A DNA stretch of 64,000 nt from Podarcis cretensis (Eukaryota). Positions 61,609-64,000 of this stretch are shown piece after piece (the first letter of the stretch is position 1; every line of letters begins with the position of its first letter). The notes under the pieces are model-generated. The model was not told the origin of the DNA. It worked only from the letters and a program-made list of their open reading frames with translations, and did no database searches. Both the position numbers and the translations under genes were made by a program. Location of the stretch: positions 83,762,001-83,826,000 of the forward strand of contig OX638156.1 of NCBI GenBank assembly GCA_951804945.1, given 5' to 3'.

Positions 61609-62255
61609 AAATTCCTATTTGGCCCTGAGACACACTCAAAGAGGCTTCCCCCAAAAAAGATAAATCCTACAGTTTGTAGCCAATGCTAGTCCTACTCAAG
61701 AGTAAAGCTAATGAAGTTAATGGACACAACTGATTTAGGTATACACTGAGTGAAACTTAGCTGGATGCAACCCCATAAAATTGTACTGAAGGAGCACTAA
61801 ACACAACCCTCATTGCAAGTCAAACAGCAGCACTCTGAAGTGGGCACAGAAATCACTCAATGCCTGGCAGAGAAGAAAGACTGAAAGCAGGCCTGAAGGT
61901 GGTCTCCTTAGAAGGAAGTCCTAGGACACCTGATGATGCAGGTGAAGAAGCTCATCTTCCAAGAGGCGACAGAGCTGGTAACAGCAGCTCTCCCCATTTG
62001 ATCTTTCACTCGCGGACTGGAGAAGCAACTTGGGAAAGGTGCTCCTGGAGAGATCCAGAGCCCAGGCTGTGCAGGGCCTGATTGGTCCAAACAATTGGAA
62101 CAATTCAATATGAAGACATCAAGTTTTAATATTTTAAATCCCCAAGGAAAGAGATACTAATTTGAAATCACTCGGTTCAACTAACTTTCCCAAATTTTAC
62201 TTTATTGTTATTATTTACTAGATTCTGAGTAACTTACAGTATATTTAAAAACACA

Positions 62256-62375
62256 GGGTTGTCTCCAACAAAGTCCTACCCAGAGTAGACCCACTGAAAC
62301 TAATAGCCCTAAGTTAGCCGTGCTTATCAATTTCAATAGGTTTACTTTGAGTAGGACTAATATGGGATACAACCC
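62256..62375. mobile_element. Palindromic MITE-like element, best-preserved copy; further copies at ~61671-61773 and ~17570-17690
   Basis: GGGTTGTCTCCAA..AGTCCTACCCAGAGTAGACCCACTGAAA / TTTCAATAGGTTTACTTTGAGTAGGACT..TGGGATACAACCC arms. Confidence 0.8.
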
Positions 62376-63304
62376 ATAAGCATTAAGCAAAACATATTGT
62401 ACTATCAGCACATTCACACAGAAACATATGCAATTCATTAAAAAATAATCATAATATACGAACCCACCCTTCCACAGCAGAAACAGAAAGCTTTGGCAGC
62501 ACGCTAACAGATTTTGCAAATCATGCAATTGCAATCAGTGGCTGTGAACTATCCTTTACCAACCAGATATTTAGGACTACAAATCCCATTTTCCACAGAG
62601 AGCTCCAGCATGACACAAGAGCTTCAGTCCAAAATTTCTACAGGGCACAAGGATGGTGACGGTCACTATAAACAAATTAATGCATGTTGGTTTGCAACTA
62701 AATGAAACTTTTAGACTACCTACCTAGTAGCATACATAAAGGAAAACCTTTTGTATCTGCTCAGAGGCAATAAAGGTGGGGAGCAATTGCAAAAACACTG
62801 TGATTTCTGTGTGGTTCTATATACACAAGCGAAGATACTAAGGGAGAACACTGAAAGGCCACAAACCAGTTGAATGAGATGCCCTGGATTGTGGGCCAAA
62901 GTCCCAGAACTGCACAGTAGCAAGGCAGGTAATTACTGAACAAAAACTGCTTTTCTCCACAACATTTGGCTGCTAGAGTCATAAACACACATGAATTTAC
63001 TGTAACGACACATTACTTATTGAATCATACTTATAATGCTTGGCCTGAGAAGTCAAAACACCCCACCATGGAGTTTCCTTTTGCACAGAAAAATGGGCTT
63101 TAATTTAGTGTATAAGAGAGAGGGTCATGGGCTCCAGTTTTAAGAGAGTAGGGCACAATTTAATCCCACAGCATGCAAAACAGGGCAAAAGCCTGAGTCC
63201 TAAAATTTCCGGTTTGAAACAGTTGTGAATATTAACCTAAAGCTGAAGCTGACAGAAAATGCACATCGCCATAGATGTCACCTGATTCAGGAGTGCCCTT
63301 AACC

Positions 63305-63617
63305 CATGGGTAGGCAGCCTAAGGCCAGATGCGGCCCAATTGCCTTCTCAATCCGGCCAGCGGACAGTCCGGGAATCAACATGTTTTTACATGAGTAGAA
63401 TGTTTGCTTTTATTTAAAATGCCTCTCCGGGTTATTTGTGGGGCCTGGCTGCTGTTTTTACATGAGTAGAATGTTTGCTTTTATTTAAAATGCATCTCTG
63501 GGTTATTTGTGGGGCACAGGAATTCGTTCATTTCCCCCCAAAAAATATAGTCCAGCCCACCACATGGTCTGAGGGACAGTGGACTGGCCCACAGCTGAAA
63601 AAGGTTGCTGACCCCTG
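63305..63617. mobile_element. Non-autonomous hAT (Charlie/OC1-like) element with an internal duplication
   Basis: Perfect 8-bp TSD CCTTAACC (63297-63304 and 63618-63625); imperfect TIRs CATGGGTAGGCAGCCT / CAGGGGTCAGCAACCT; 63-bp unit repeated at 63382-63444 and 63453-63515. Confidence 0.85.
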
Positions 63618-64000
63618 CCTTAACCCATGAAAATTATTGTCATAGGAAGTGTAACAAAATAATAATGCTTTATTTTATATTTTTGTGGACTGCTCAGAGG
63701 TTTTCTTACAATCAGGTAGTATATAAATTCTCTTAAATAAATAAATATCTCCAACACAAACAAGAATACGTAAGTCTATTCTCCATATCCAGATCAATGT
63801 ATCATCTTGTCTGGATTCAGTTTCTGCTTTGAACACTGAAAACCTGTTCGAAACACTGCTGTAAATTTTTGTTATATTTTTCATAGCAGAATGCAAGTAT
63901 AGTAAATAAGTTGTTCTCTTATTGTAAGATTATTCAGTTAAATTAAGTGGCTAATTAAGAAACTTGTGCTTGTGTTTTCTGTAATACAGAACCTTACCTT

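Noticed and set aside
1-64000. CRISPR arrays, prokaryotic operons or endogenous viral elements
   Set aside because: No repeat-spacer arrays, LTR pairs or viral/bacterial ORFs seen; the window is explained by a spliced vertebrate gene plus transposable elements.

Overview
Vertebrate genomic DNA, most likely a lacertid lizard (inferred from young Sauria SINE and Squam3-like SINE copies). Most of the window is EIF4G3 (eIF4GII) on the minus strand. I reconstructed by hand 34 GT-AG coding exons from the canonical AUG (50553) to the TGA stop (8702): 5070 nt, 1689 aa with all cassettes included, with consistent phases. These include a 21-nt neuronal microexon (GGFRPIQ), three other frame-preserving cassettes, and the PABP- and eIF4E-binding motifs plus the MIF4G, MA3 and W2 domains. 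One more in-frame exon upstream of the AUG (60765-60893) encodes an N-terminal extension that the ORF track misses. The 5' end of the gene lies beyond the window. Bases ~200-1300 are a CpG-island promoter, probably of the minus-strand neighbour HP1BP3 (synteny inference only). Introns carry SINEs, CR1/L1 fragments, mariner-type and hAT MITEs, and a six-copy palindromic element. I found no convincing wholly new biological system. The best leads concern the EIF4G3 5' leader: an AUG-less in-frame extension, two uORFs (one ending on the main AUG), a candidate 105-nt exon that would create an in-frame AUG, and a candidate poison exon. Most ORF-track entries are spurious.
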